NCBI GenBank assembly: GCA_965228895.1
Contig: OZ245842.1
Location: forward strand, 4,224,001 to 4,288,000
From: Alphaproteobacteria bacterium
GTDB taxonomy: Bacteria > Pseudomonadota > Alphaproteobacteria > SP197
Length of the DNA: 64,000 nucleotides
Reading direction: 5' to 3'
Shown: piece by piece, positions 20,186-29,701 of the stretch
How the letters are laid out: every line of letters starts with the position of its first letter
Numbering within the stretch: the stretch's first letter is position 1
Position numbers and translations under genes: made by a program
Notes under the pieces: model-generated
The model's database searches: none
Told to the model about the DNA's origin: nothing
The model's input: only the letters and a program-made list of their open reading frames with translations

Positions 20186-21037
20186 TCATGGCGATGGCCG
20201 GGGATCGCGGACGACCGCGCGGTGCATGCGGCGCAGGAAACCCTTGCCGTGCAGCTTGGCTTCAAGGTCGTCATCAAGCGCCTCGTGCACCGTTGCGCGA
20301 TTGTCCCACATGACAATCGTGTCGGGCTGCCAGCGAATACGGCAAGTCAGTTCGTTGCGCGTGGCGTGGCCGTTCAGGAAGTTCAGCAACGCCGCACTTT
20401 CCTCGCGCGTCATGCCTTCAATCTCGCGCGCATAGTAGGGGCTGATCGACAGCAACCGCGCGCCGCTCTCCGGATGAACACCGGCGAGCGGATGGCGTGC
20501 GACCTCGCGTGGCTTGTCGAGATCCTTGAACCCCATACCGCCGAACGGCGTCGGATCGGGCGGCCACGACTCGTGCACGGCGACTAATCCCTTGAGCAGA
20601 TCGCGCATGCTTTCGGAAAGCGTCAGCCAAGCATTGGTCAGACTGGCAAAGCAGGTATCGCCGCCGACAGCCGGGACATCCTTGCCGTGCAGAAAGGTTC
20701 CCATGGGCGGGCGTGCGCGGAACGACATGTCCATATGCCAGCCGCTGCCAAAGGCCTGCACGTCATCGGGCAGCTTCAGGATCTCGGTGAGTTCCGGCAC
20801 GCCCTCGACGCTGGTTGCGTAAGGATAGTCCTCGATCTCACCGAACCGGCGCACGAAGGCCAGAAACTGCTGCGGGCTGATCGGCTGGTCACGGATAGCG
20901 AGCACGCCAAAGCGGACCCAGGCTGCCCTTAGCGCATCAAAGCTGGCCTCACTAAGCGGCTCGGAAAGATCGAGACCAAACACCTCCGCCCCCAATGCGG
21001 TCGCCAGCGGCCGCAACTCAAAGGAGTTCTGCGTCAT
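20186..21037 (-). CDS. TauD/TfdA-family dioxygenase
   Basis: WHMD, GGDT, HPESG, WDNRATVH. Confidence 0.9.
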   Translation of the reverse strand: MTQNSFELRPLATALGAEVFGLDLSEPLSEASFDALRAAWVRFGVLAIRDQPISPQQFLAFVRRFGEIEDYPYATSVEGVPELTEILKLPDDVQAFGSGWHMDMSFRARPPMGTFLHGKDVPAVGGDTCFASLTNAWLTLSESMRDLLKGLVAVHESWPPDPTPFGGMGFKDLDKPREVARHPLAGVHPESGARLLSISPYYAREIEGMTREESAALLNFLNGHATRNELTCRIRWQPDTIVMWDNRATVHEALDDDLEAKLHGKGFLRRMHRAVVRDPRPSP

Positions 21038-21071
21038 GTCGTCTGCCCCCCTCTCCGTGGCCAACAAGAAG

Positions 21072-22322
21072 TCATGCCGCCGTCTCCATACGCAGCCTGA
21101 TGTGCCCGGCAAGATGGGCGGGGTCGTCGCCGATCCCGTAGAAACCGCCAGATGCGAAGGTGTGGAGCCAGTGTTGACCGCAAAAGTAGAGACCCGGCAG
21201 ATCACTCACACCGCGCTGCTGGCGCGGAAACCCGCGTCTGTCGAGGACGGGTTCGTGAATCCAGTCGAAATCGCAGTTGAATCCCGTCGCCCAGATGATC
21301 GAGGTGATGCCGGCGGCCGCCAGATCGATCCGCTCGGTTTCCGCGTAGCCTGAGCCTTCGCAAGGCTGGCCCTCATCAGTATTGTCCGCATTGACCTCGG
21401 GTACATCAAGACCATGTTCGCGGACGAAACCGTCGACTTTCTGCTTAAAGTCGACGGCAAAGGCATCGGACTCGGCAATCCGCTGATTGAGGTCCGAACC
21501 GAATAGTGCCACGCCGTCTTCAACACCATTAAGCCGCCCGGTGAGCGCCACGCCACGTGCGGCAAGAGAATGCAGGTTGACACCATGCCGGTCGCGCGCA
21601 CCGGTCAGCATCATGCTGGCGGCGTATCGTTCCTCATGGGTGACCGGATTGACCGGCGTCGTCAGCCAACCCATGTCGACCATCCAGGCAAAGGCATCTC
21701 GTCCGCGATAGACCCGAGGAATTCGGTTACCGGCGCCGACCGCCAAAAAAACCTCACGACCTGCCTCGATAAAGTCCTCGCAAATCTGCACACCCGTCAT
21801 GGACGAACCGACGATCAGTGCCGCACCGCCGGGCAGCCCCGACGGGTTCTTGTATGTGTAGGGATCCAACTGCATGACATCGCCGGAAGCCGCCGTTGCA
21901 AAGCCGGGCACGTTGGGCCGGTGAAAGAAGCCGGTGGCCACGATGACATTGCGGGCCTGCAACGTGCCGCTGCTGGTTTCCACGCGCCAGCCATCGCCAC
22001 TGCGCCGCAGATCGGTCACCTCAACGCCATGCCGGATCGGCGGGCGGACCATCGCGCAGAAATCGTTGAGGTAGCCGACAACTTCATCACCCGTCAGAAA
22101 GGCGTCGGGCTCATCGCCGTCATAGGCAAAGTCGGGAAGGCGCAGAAACCAATTCGGCGTGACAAGCGTGAAGCTGTCCCAGCGTTCATGGCTCCATGCG
22201 TGACCGACCTGGTCTTCTCGTTCCAGGACGACATGTTCCATGCCGTACTGGGCGAGCCGATAGCTGACCGAGAGTCCGGCCTGGCTGCCGCCGATGACAA
22301 CGATGTCGTGCCGTTCACTCAC
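21072..22322 (-). CDS. Flavin-containing monooxygenase (CzcO-like)
   Basis: GGSQAG, RWDSFTLVTP, ATG, WATGF, GLYFCG. Confidence 0.85.
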   Translation of the reverse strand: MSERHDIVVIGGSQAGLSVSYRLAQYGMEHVVLEREDQVGHAWSHERWDSFTLVTPNWFLRLPDFAYDGDEPDAFLTGDEVVGYLNDFCAMVRPPIRHGVEVTDLRRSGDGWRVETSSGTLQARNVIVATGFFHRPNVPGFATAASGDVMQLDPYTYKNPSGLPGGAALIVGSSMTGVQICEDFIEAGREVFLAVGAGNRIPRVYRGRDAFAWMVDMGWLTTPVNPVTHEERYAASMMLTGARDRHGVNLHSLAARGVALTGRLNGVEDGVALFGSDLNQRIAESDAFAVDFKQKVDGFVREHGLDVPEVNADNTDEGQPCEGSGYAETERIDLAAAGITSIIWATGFNCDFDWIHEPVLDRRGFPRQQRGVSDLPGLYFCGQHWLHTFASGGFYGIGDDPAHLAGHIRLRMETAA

Positions 22323-22466
22323 GTTTCATTACCGCCCCGGCGCCCGGTCGTGTAGCGCAACCGCAAAGTAGTCGCTCACGATTCGGCGCCGCTCCATACC
22401 GACATGACTGGAGGTCATCTTTGCCCAAGCACAAACCCAGTAAAAATTCCAAATACTGGGCCGGAT

Positions 22467-23432
22467 CTATGCGATCAGATCATCGTTGGCTGCGGTTGGG
22501 GACAGCGCCAGGGTAGTCGCGACCTCGGATTTCAGCCAATCGCAGAACGCGACGATGTCGGACCTGCCGGCGCGGTCTGCTGGCACCACCATGAAGTGGC
22601 CGCGGTCCCAACGGCAAATCTCGGGAATTGGCCGCACCAGGCTACCTTCGCGCAAGAGGTCACCGGCGCAATGATGCCAGCCTATGGCGACACCCAGGCC
22701 GCGTTGCGCCGCTTGAATAACCATCTGGTAGCTGGTGAAGGTCATGCCGTGGGGCGGCAGTGGCAGTTCGACGTCGAAGTGGCCGAGCCAGACCTTCCAG
22801 TTGATCGGTGTCGGCCACGGATAGCCAATCCACGTCGCATCGTCGAGGTGGAGCAAGGTTGCGTTCAGCAGATCCTTCGGACCGGTCATCGGAGCGTGCT
22901 GGGCAACGTACTCGGAGCTGCACACCGGATAGGCTTCCTCCATGAACAGCAGCTCGGCGTGAAACTGGGGATCGTCTTGATGGCCAACCACGATCGATAC
23001 ATCAAAGTCGTCGACGGTGGGACTGGGATTGCGTTCCAGCGAGACGATATGGACATCGAGCTCGGGGTACTTCTGGCGGAAGGCCGCCATGCGCGGTACG
23101 ACATAGAGGCTCGCCTGGGACGTCAGCATGCCGACTGTCAGCTTGCCGGATTCACGTTGCTGGCGGATTTCCTGCGCTACCAGGCTCATATGGGACAACG
23201 CCATGGAAACCGCTTCCATCAACTTGCGTCCATCGGCGGTCAGGCGAACGGTCCGGTTCTTGCGCTCGAAGAGTCGGACGCCAAGGTCGTCCTCCAGGTT
23301 ACGTACGTGGCGGCTCACGGCCGACTGTGTCAGCAGAAGCTCATCGGCGGCGCGCGTGAAGTTCTGATGCCGCGCGGCAGCTTCAAATGCCCGCAGAGCA
23401 CTCAGCGGCGGCAGTTTGCGGTGGGAAACCAT
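22467..23432 (-). CDS. LysR-type regulator, GcvA-like
   Basis: LPPLSALRAFEAAARHQNFTRAADEL..TQSAVS. Confidence 0.93.
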   Translation of the reverse strand: MVSHRKLPPLSALRAFEAAARHQNFTRAADELLLTQSAVSRHVRNLEDDLGVRLFERKNRTVRLTADGRKLMEAVSMALSHMSLVAQEIRQQRESGKLTVGMLTSQASLYVVPRMAAFRQKYPELDVHIVSLERNPSPTVDDFDVSIVVGHQDDPQFHAELLFMEEAYPVCSSEYVAQHAPMTGPKDLLNATLLHLDDATWIGYPWPTPINWKVWLGHFDVELPLPPHGMTFTSYQMVIQAAQRGLGVAIGWHHCAGDLLREGSLVRPIPEICRWDRGHFMVVPADRAGRSDIVAFCDWLKSEVATTLALSPTAANDDLIA

Positions 23433-23455
23433 GCCAGCTTGGCTCTTCAATCCCT

Positions 23456-23830
23456 TCAAGTGTCGTCGGCGTCGATCGCACGGTTCGGTCCATGCAGATA
23501 AACCAGAATGGTACAGCCTCGCGGCGACTGCGAGGCATGCCGGCTTCCCGCACCGTAACTTACGATACTGCCGGGACCGAACACCCGGCCATCCCCATCG
23601 ACGAGTTCGCCGGCAACAATATAGGAGTCTTCACCGCCCGTATGAATGTGCGGCAACGACTTGGTGCCGGGGTCGAGCCGAACAAGAAACGAGCCCCGCA
23701 CCGCCTGACTATCAAAGTTGATCGGTTTCCAGAAGATGCCTGGAACCGGATCGCCGTAGAGGTCGTAGGGGCGAAAGTCCGCAGTCTCTACAGTAAGGAT
23801 CGTGCGTCCCGGAACGTCGTTGTGGGTCAT
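23456..23830 (-). CDS. ChrR-like cupin protein
   Basis: PGTKSLPHIHTGGE...GSRH. Confidence 0.75.
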   Translation of the reverse strand: MTHNDVPGRTILTVETADFRPYDLYGDPVPGIFWKPINFDSQAVRGSFLVRLDPGTKSLPHIHTGGEDSYIVAGELVDGDGRVFGPGSIVSYGAGSRHASQSPRGCTILVYLHGPNRAIDADDT

Positions 23831-23855
23831 GGTGTTCTCCGTTGCGTCAGGTCTT

Positions 23856-26039
23856 TCACTCCGCGTCGATGCCGTACTCTCTCTTCTTGCGTGCACTCCA
23901 GCTTTGAATAATGCGGTCGGTGGTCATGGCGATGAAGGCCATGCACAACGCCGCGGTAATGCCGACACCAAAACCGCCATCGGCAAGGCTTTGATAGATG
24001 ATTTGGCCAAGACCCTTGGTGCCGACGAGCGCCGTGATCACCAGCATCGCCAATGCGAACAAGACGGTTTGGTTGATACCCAGCATGATTTCCGGCAGCG
24101 CCAGGGGAAGCTGGACACGGAACAGGAGTTGCCTGTCTGTACAACCCATCACGCGGGCCGCTTCCACCGCGTCCGCGTCGACCCGGCGGACACCCAATTC
24201 CGTGTACCGGATACAGGGCACGATCGCGTACATCACAATTGCCAGCAGACCCGCGAAGTCGCCGACCTTGAACAGTACGACCACTGGGATCAGGAAAACG
24301 AAAAGCGGGATCGATTGCAGCGTGTCGTTCAGCGGCCGCACGATGGCGGAAACGCGGTTGCTCAGTGCCGCCCAGACGCCGATCGAAACGCCGAGCAGAA
24401 TACAGACCAACACCGCCGAGCCGCATAAATAGACCGAGATCATCGATCGCATCCAAAAACCGCTCGTCAGCATGAAGGTGAGACAGAAGATCGCAAAAAG
24501 ACCGATCTTCCAGCCGCCCACTTGCCAGGCGAGCGCGACGACAGGCACAAGAACCGCGGGCCAAGGCATCTCGGTCAGACCGACGTAGTAGATCAGCGCG
24601 ACGTAGAGTACCGCTAGCGCGGCCCGCCACGACCACGACCGCGCGGCCCAAGCAGCCGCGGCGGCGGCCAGGGTCGCGTACACAACGATGACCGGTGTTG
24701 TCAGGGCAAAGCCCCATGAGAAGGGACTGACGGCCTTGTTAAAGCCTATCTTGATAGGCAGCATGAAGTAGAAAAGCGTCCAGTTTCGAATGCTGTCGGT
24801 GATCGCGTGATAGTTCGTGTTGATCCACGTGATCGCCGCATCGAGTGGTTGATGGGGCAGCACCGTCCAGGCGGCCGGATAGGTCTGAAGAACCGGGACA
24901 AACATGCTGGCGGCAAGAAGCGGGACGGCGACAGCGATGGTTCCGACCATCACCGGATGACGCCGCCAGAAATCGCCGGACGCGCCGGCGGCAAGTGTGG
25001 TGTCGCCCCTGCGCGAAAAGCCGAGCGTGATACGGTCCATCATCATGGCAACCAGCACGATGGCGAGGCCTGTGAGCAGGCTTTTGCCGAACTCGGCCTG
25101 GCGCATGGTGTAGAGCACCTCCCAGCCAAGATCCTCGCCACTGCCAAGCACAGCGGCGATGACCACCATCGACAGGGTCGCAAGGATCGTCTGGTTGATG
25201 CCCAACATGATGGTCGGCATGGCGGCAGGCAGTTTGACGAGCCAGAGTATCTGCCGGGTTGTCGCACCGGACATGACCGCCGAGTCAACGACATCGTCGG
25301 GCACGCGGCCCAGCCCCAGCATCACGGTGCGCGCCATCGGCGGCATGGCGAACGTCGCCGATGCGATCAGACCCACGGTCGGGCCAAACCCGAACAGCAC
25401 CAGGCAAGGCACCAGGTAGGCAAAGGTCGGTATGGTTTGCATGAAATCGAGCATCGGCTCGATGGCACGGCGTAAGTTCGGACTTCTGTGACCGATGATC
25501 CCGACGACGAGGCCGACAGTGATGGCGAGCGGCAACGCGACACTGACAAGCGCTATGGTTAGCGCCGTCTTCTCCCAAAACCCGGCCACAAGAATGTAGG
25601 TCAGCGCAACCAGGCAGAACACGGCAAGACGCCAGCCGCCCGCAACGTGCGCGGCGGCAACGACGGCGACCATGACCAAGGGCCAGGGCAGCCACAGATA
25701 AAAGTTGCGTAGACCGTAGACCGGCCATTCGAGAGTCCACGAGATCGCCCGGAAGATCGATTTGAAGATGCCGACAAACCAGTCCATGCCAGCATCGAAG
25801 AGGTCGGGGATTGGCAGCCCCTGGCCTTCTTCGAGACGCAGGAGCCACGCGTTGTCGGACGCGAACAGAAAACTTGCGGCAACGATGACGCAGACAGCCA
25901 ACCAAACCAAGCCGCTGCGGCCGACGCCCGCATCTACGCCACCGATCAGGCGGTTATAGAGGCCGCGCGACGTCGCGGCGGCATTCGTGCCCTCGACCAT
26001 CACGGCACGTTGTCCGACGATAGCGGCATAGATCCTCAT
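23856..26039 (-). CDS. Glycine betaine/choline-type ABC permease, fused double ProW domain
   Basis: Two ProW repeats: LDFMQTIPTFAYL/GINQT and DTLQSIPLFVFL/EAA/GINQT. The start could be 26000. Confidence 0.9.
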   Translation of the reverse strand: MRIYAAIVGQRAVMVEGTNAAATSRGLYNRLIGGVDAGVGRSGLVWLAVCVIVAASFLFASDNAWLLRLEEGQGLPIPDLFDAGMDWFVGIFKSIFRAISWTLEWPVYGLRNFYLWLPWPLVMVAVVAAAHVAGGWRLAVFCLVALTYILVAGFWEKTALTIALVSVALPLAITVGLVVGIIGHRSPNLRRAIEPMLDFMQTIPTFAYLVPCLVLFGFGPTVGLIASATFAMPPMARTVMLGLGRVPDDVVDSAVMSGATTRQILWLVKLPAAMPTIMLGINQTILATLSMVVIAAVLGSGEDLGWEVLYTMRQAEFGKSLLTGLAIVLVAMMMDRITLGFSRRGDTTLAAGASGDFWRRHPVMVGTIAVAVPLLAASMFVPVLQTYPAAWTVLPHQPLDAAITWINTNYHAITDSIRNWTLFYFMLPIKIGFNKAVSPFSWGFALTTPVIVVYATLAAAAAAWAARSWSWRAALAVLYVALIYYVGLTEMPWPAVLVPVVALAWQVGGWKIGLFAIFCLTFMLTSGFWMRSMISVYLCGSAVLVCILLGVSIGVWAALSNRVSAIVRPLNDTLQSIPLFVFLIPVVVLFKVGDFAGLLAIVMYAIVPCIRYTELGVRRVDADAVEAARVMGCTDRQLLFRVQLPLALPEIMLGINQTVLFALAMLVITALVGTKGLGQIIYQSLADGGFGVGITAALCMAFIAMTTDRIIQSWSARKKREYGIDAE

Positions 26040-26127
26040 TGGGGGTTTCCGGGCGCGGGAGCCCGGCGGGGAGAAGCGGTCCGGAGCAGCGAAGGCAACC
26101 GGACCGCATCATCACCTGTGCCGACGG

Positions 26128-27111
26128 TTAGGGGTTCTTGGCCACCTCGATCCACGCCTGCCAGCGATCGCTGTTGTCGGCCATCCATTGATCGAGGAAA
26201 ACGTCGATGTCCGTGCCGTCAGAGACCGCCTTTTCCATTTGGATTTGGTCATCCGCATTCATGTCGATGTTCTGGAGAATGCGGTATGCCGTGGGCCACT
26301 GGTCGGGCGTTCCCGGCCAGGCGGTGTTCCATATTCTGGCAGCCGACCAGTCGCAGTCATAGGTCGCATCCGGATTGACGCCGCCCGAGGGGTCCTCGTT
26401 GCAGCCATCCCAGTATTCGGGAAGGCCAACCTCGGCCAGCGGGTAGTCGGCCAGGATGCCGTGCGGCGACCAGAACTGGATGAGCAATGGTTCGCCGCGT
26501 TCGTGAGCCGACTTGATCTCGGCAACCAACGCGCCCTCGCTTCCCGCCGGTTGGGATACTAAGGGAAGACCAAGCGCCTCGATGCGCCACTCGTTGGTCA
26601 CGCCCCACTCGATCGGATAGTCGAGCAAGCGTCCGTTCGGAAAGGTCTCGGCGGTCGCGAGCGATTGAGCGCATTCGTGCAGGACCGTGTAGTCCGTGTC
26701 GAGATCCGGACAGGCTTCCAACGCCTTGTCGTTGGCGTACCAAGTCTCGATACCCGAATAGCCGATCTCGCCGGCATCCAGCACCTGACCGCTCTCAAAG
26801 AGCTCCATCCAGCCTTCGCCGATATTGGACGACCACAGACCCAAGGCCATGTGAATGTCACCGTCGGCCACACCCTGGACTTGCGGATAGTAGCCTGCCG
26901 AAATGTACTCGACTTTGTATCCCGCCGCCTCGAGCACCCGGCCAAGTACATGGGCATTGAAGTACTGTCCGGCCGCACCTTGAACCGCAATCTTGATGGG
27001 ATCCTCGCTTTCGGGAACCTCGGCCACCACAGCGGTCCCTGTTCCACCAGCGTACAGTCCGGCTGCAACGGCCGCCGACATAGCCCACTGCTTAATCTCC
27101 AGCGCCTTCAT
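26128..27111 (-). CDS. Betaine/TMAO-type ABC substrate-binding protein (ProX/TmoX-like)
   Basis: Signal peptide, ESEDPIKI, AGSEGAL, FWSPH, TYDCDW, GGGAGG RBS. Confidence 0.88.
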   Translation of the reverse strand: MKALEIKQWAMSAAVAAGLYAGGTGTAVVAEVPESEDPIKIAVQGAAGQYFNAHVLGRVLEAAGYKVEYISAGYYPQVQGVADGDIHMALGLWSSNIGEGWMELFESGQVLDAGEIGYSGIETWYANDKALEACPDLDTDYTVLHECAQSLATAETFPNGRLLDYPIEWGVTNEWRIEALGLPLVSQPAGSEGALVAEIKSAHERGEPLLIQFWSPHGILADYPLAEVGLPEYWDGCNEDPSGGVNPDATYDCDWSAARIWNTAWPGTPDQWPTAYRILQNIDMNADDQIQMEKAVSDGTDIDVFLDQWMADNSDRWQAWIEVAKNP

Positions 27112-27534
27112 TCGGTCACCCTCCCATTGTTGTGGCGTCATCAGAAGTGTGACTCATCCTAGTGATCGTGATTTGTCGCTCAAAATGAGAAACAGACATG
27201 CTCATTCATGCGCCTGCCTCATGGTTGATATGCTGAGTGGGTTGCGGTTGGGTCTGACCGTCAGGCCTCAAGTGAACCAACGAAGGCATCGTCGCGCCGG
27301 CAGTGACCTCGCCCATCAAACCGCGCCAGGCCCGACGCCGCAGATCCAGGCTGAGCATTATGGTTAGCGCGACAGAGGACCGCTTTGCCCCACGAAGCAA
27401 TGGCAATACGAGAGTGTGTGGCTAGTGCCAAACCCTTCCTTTGCCCAGCCGTTTCGCCGTCGGTGTCGAGAGAGACGGACACAGCCATCTCTTCTTTTCT
27501 CAGCGCCTACCTTTGGTCCTGAACCTCAAAGCGC

Positions 27535-27562
27535 GAGGGTCATAATCTGCATTATGGAAAGT
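27535..27562 (+). other. dif-like XerC/XerD recombination site, copy 3
   Basis: GAGGGTCATAA-TCTGCA-TTATGGAAAGT, with the same spacer and orientation as copies 1 and 2. Confidence 0.65.
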
Positions 27563-27578
27563 GGGCGGATAAGGAGAA

Positions 27579-27746
27579 TGGCGGTGCGGGCAGTCTGCTG
27601 CGAACCCGTCTCTGCCGAAATTTCCCTGTTAACAGGGAAATTACAGGGAAATTTTGCAGATACTGGCGGAATCTGAGTTTTTCACCGCAGTTCCTGCCAT
27701 ATTTTCAGTAACTTAGATGAAAATTCGCTACGCATCCGAACAGGGA
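27579..27746. repeat. Conserved dif-adjacent element, copy 3 (interrupted by IS110; resumes at 29165-29227)
   Basis: Palindrome at 27621-27640. CAGGGAA boxes at 27633, 27644 and 27741, then 29179 and 29221 after the IS. Confidence 0.85.
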
Positions 27747-27763
27747 ATATATGGCCTGCTCCC

Positions 27764-28037
27764 GGGCTGGAAGAGGGAATTTCGGGAACGGCATCAGGGA
27801 AGTCTGCTCGAATATATCCGGCTTTGATATGCGGCGTGGTACCCGCCGCTGCCACGATGGAAATGCGCACATCCGGTGCCTTTAAAATTTACGCGGCCTT
27901 GGTGGCCGTTCGCTGTTCCAGGTTGGCCGGATGCCGATCGACTGTGATGCCATCCTGTCTGGTCCCACTTCGCAGATCAGGTGAGCTCTCTGGCCTCCTT
28001 GTCCCTGTTTATTCGCCTTTGCCTTAATGCCTGACGA
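27764..28037 (-). ncRNA. Putative seekRNA/bridge RNA region of the IS1111 element
   Basis: Non-coding region 3' of the transposase, where IS1111 guide RNAs lie. It contains AACAGGGA (minus strand, 28002-28009), identical to the flanking target. Boundaries are unknown. Confidence 0.5.
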
Positions 28038-29087
28038 TCACGCCGATGCTGCTGTCCTCTCGGTCCTGGCAACGGCGAACTCGGTGTAGTGGTCGCCGGC
28101 CGTCAGCACCGCCCAGGCGATGCGCACCAGCTTGTTGGCGAGCGCCACGATGGCGACGTTGCGGTGCCGTCGCTCGAGCACCCCGTTCACCCAAAGGCCC
28201 AGTCGTGTTCGTTTGCCCTCAAGCGAACGCATCGCCGCCCGCGCGCCGTGAATGAACAAGCGTCGCAAGTAGGCATTGCCGTGCTTGGTGATGCCGAGCA
28301 GCTTAGGCTTGCCGCCGGTTGTCACCTGCCGCGGCACCAGGCCCATCCAGGCCGCCAGATCGCGCCCGGACTCGAAAGCCTCCCCTTTGCCGATCGCCGC
28401 CACCAGCGCCGTTGCCGTCAGTGGGCCGATCCCCGGGATCTCGACCAGCCGCCGCGTTGCTTCGTCCTGGCGCGCCAGCATGACGAACTCTGCATCGAGG
28501 TCGGCAACCCGGTCGTCAAGGACCCGCCACTCACCTCGAAGCTCCTCGATCAGCGTCCGGATGCGTTCGCTCAGGCCCACGCTCTCGTCAGCCAGGATCT
28601 CCGGTAACGCCCGCACCAAGTGATACTTGCCCTTCGGCACCATGATGCCGCGCTCCAGCAGAATGCCCCGGATCTGATTGATCAGCGCCGTACGCTGCTG
28701 TACGACCCGCTCGCGCACCCGGTGCAGGGTCTGCAGGTCGAGCTGACCCTGGCTCTTCACTGTCACAAACCTCATCGTCGGACGTAACGCCGCCTCGGCA
28801 ATCGCCTCCGCGTCCCGATCGTCGTTCTTCTGCGACTTCACGAACGGCTTCACATATTGCGGTGCGATCAGCCGCACGTCGTAATCCAGGTCCAGCAGCT
28901 GCCGGCCCACGTAGTGCGCCCCGCAACACGACTCCATCGCTACCGCACATACCGGCAGGGTTGAAAGGACCGGCACCAGACCCGAACGCTTCACACGCCG
29001 TGACATCACCACCTGTCCTTGTTCGTCAAGACCAGCAAGACTGCAAACGCTCTTGCCCAAATCAACGCCCACAATAACAATGCTCAT
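28038..29087 (-). CDS. IS110 family DEDD transposase/recombinase
   Basis: VGVDLGK, AMESC, KNDDRDAEAI, IPGIGP, GLVPRQVTTGGK, GAGGAG RBS. Confidence 0.95.
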   Translation of the reverse strand: MSIVIVGVDLGKSVCSLAGLDEQGQVVMSRRVKRSGLVPVLSTLPVCAVAMESCCGAHYVGRQLLDLDYDVRLIAPQYVKPFVKSQKNDDRDAEAIAEAALRPTMRFVTVKSQGQLDLQTLHRVRERVVQQRTALINQIRGILLERGIMVPKGKYHLVRALPEILADESVGLSERIRTLIEELRGEWRVLDDRVADLDAEFVMLARQDEATRRLVEIPGIGPLTATALVAAIGKGEAFESGRDLAAWMGLVPRQVTTGGKPKLLGITKHGNAYLRRLFIHGARAAMRSLEGKRTRLGLWVNGVLERRHRNVAIVALANKLVRIAWAVLTAGDHYTEFAVARTERTAASA

Positions 29088-29297
29088 CGGTCTGCTCCTC
29101 TCGCTTTGGATCACTCACAAATCCAGAGTACCCCACCAAGGGGTGGGAGCAGGCCATCCCATAAATATTTAGACCGAACAGGGAAATGTTTCCGTGGATC
29201 AGAGAATCGTCGCACGCGCTCAGGGAACGCACCCTTGGCGGGAGCCGGACTGATCTGAACTGTTCTCCTTTCCGTTTTTGAACGAAAGAAGATCGAG

Positions 29298-29560
29298 ATG
29301 ACGGACGATACCGGGCCGCGGGCTCGCGTTCTGGCGGGCGCATCACGAGACGTTCTAGCGTAGTGACCTGAATCAGCGGGAGTATTGCGTGGCTCACGGC
29401 CTGTCGCAGAAGGCGTTCGGGAACTGGCGCGCGAAGTTCAAGGCCGAGCCTCAGGCGCCGACGCACAAGCTGTTGTACCGGCGGGGCGGCGTAAGTCACA
29501 CCAGTCAAATGACTTATCTCTCATTGGCGCTGTCTGCGGTCCCTATCGTCCCGTATGACC
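29298..29560 (+). pseudogene. IS66 TnpA-like accessory gene remnant
   Basis: FWRAHHETF*RSDLNQREYCVAHGLSQKAFGNWRAKFK, with an in-frame TAG at 29356. Confidence 0.65.
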
Positions 29561-29670
29561 TGACAGTTTCACCTGATCTTCTCGCATCAGCGCAGGACTG
29601 GCGGTACCGGGTCAAGAACCGCCTTTACGGGATCGCGAGATCGATCGCCTCTAATCGACCAATATCTCTC

Positions 29671-29701
29671 TTGAACCTCTAGTAACTGTAGAGTTCATGC
29701 T
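29671..29701 (+). promoter_or_regulatory. MerR-type promoter/operator
   Basis: TTGAAC, 19-bp spacer CTCTAGTAACTGTAGAGTT, then CATGCT. Confidence 0.7.

Larger units (their letters stand above)
27747..29164 (-). mobile_element. IS110-family element, IS1111 subgroup (about 1418 bp)
   Basis: Perfect 13-bp subterminal IRs ATGGCCTGCTCCC (27751-27763) and GGGAGCAGGCCAT (29145-29157). ATAT at both junctions. About 290 bp non-coding downstream of the transposase. Confidence 0.88.

Noticed and set aside
1151-25475. Long antisense ORFs (for example 1151-1969, 4730-5782, 18463-19365, 22404-23501)
   Set aside because: They are shadow ORFs of high-GC genes on the opposite strand, with no motifs.
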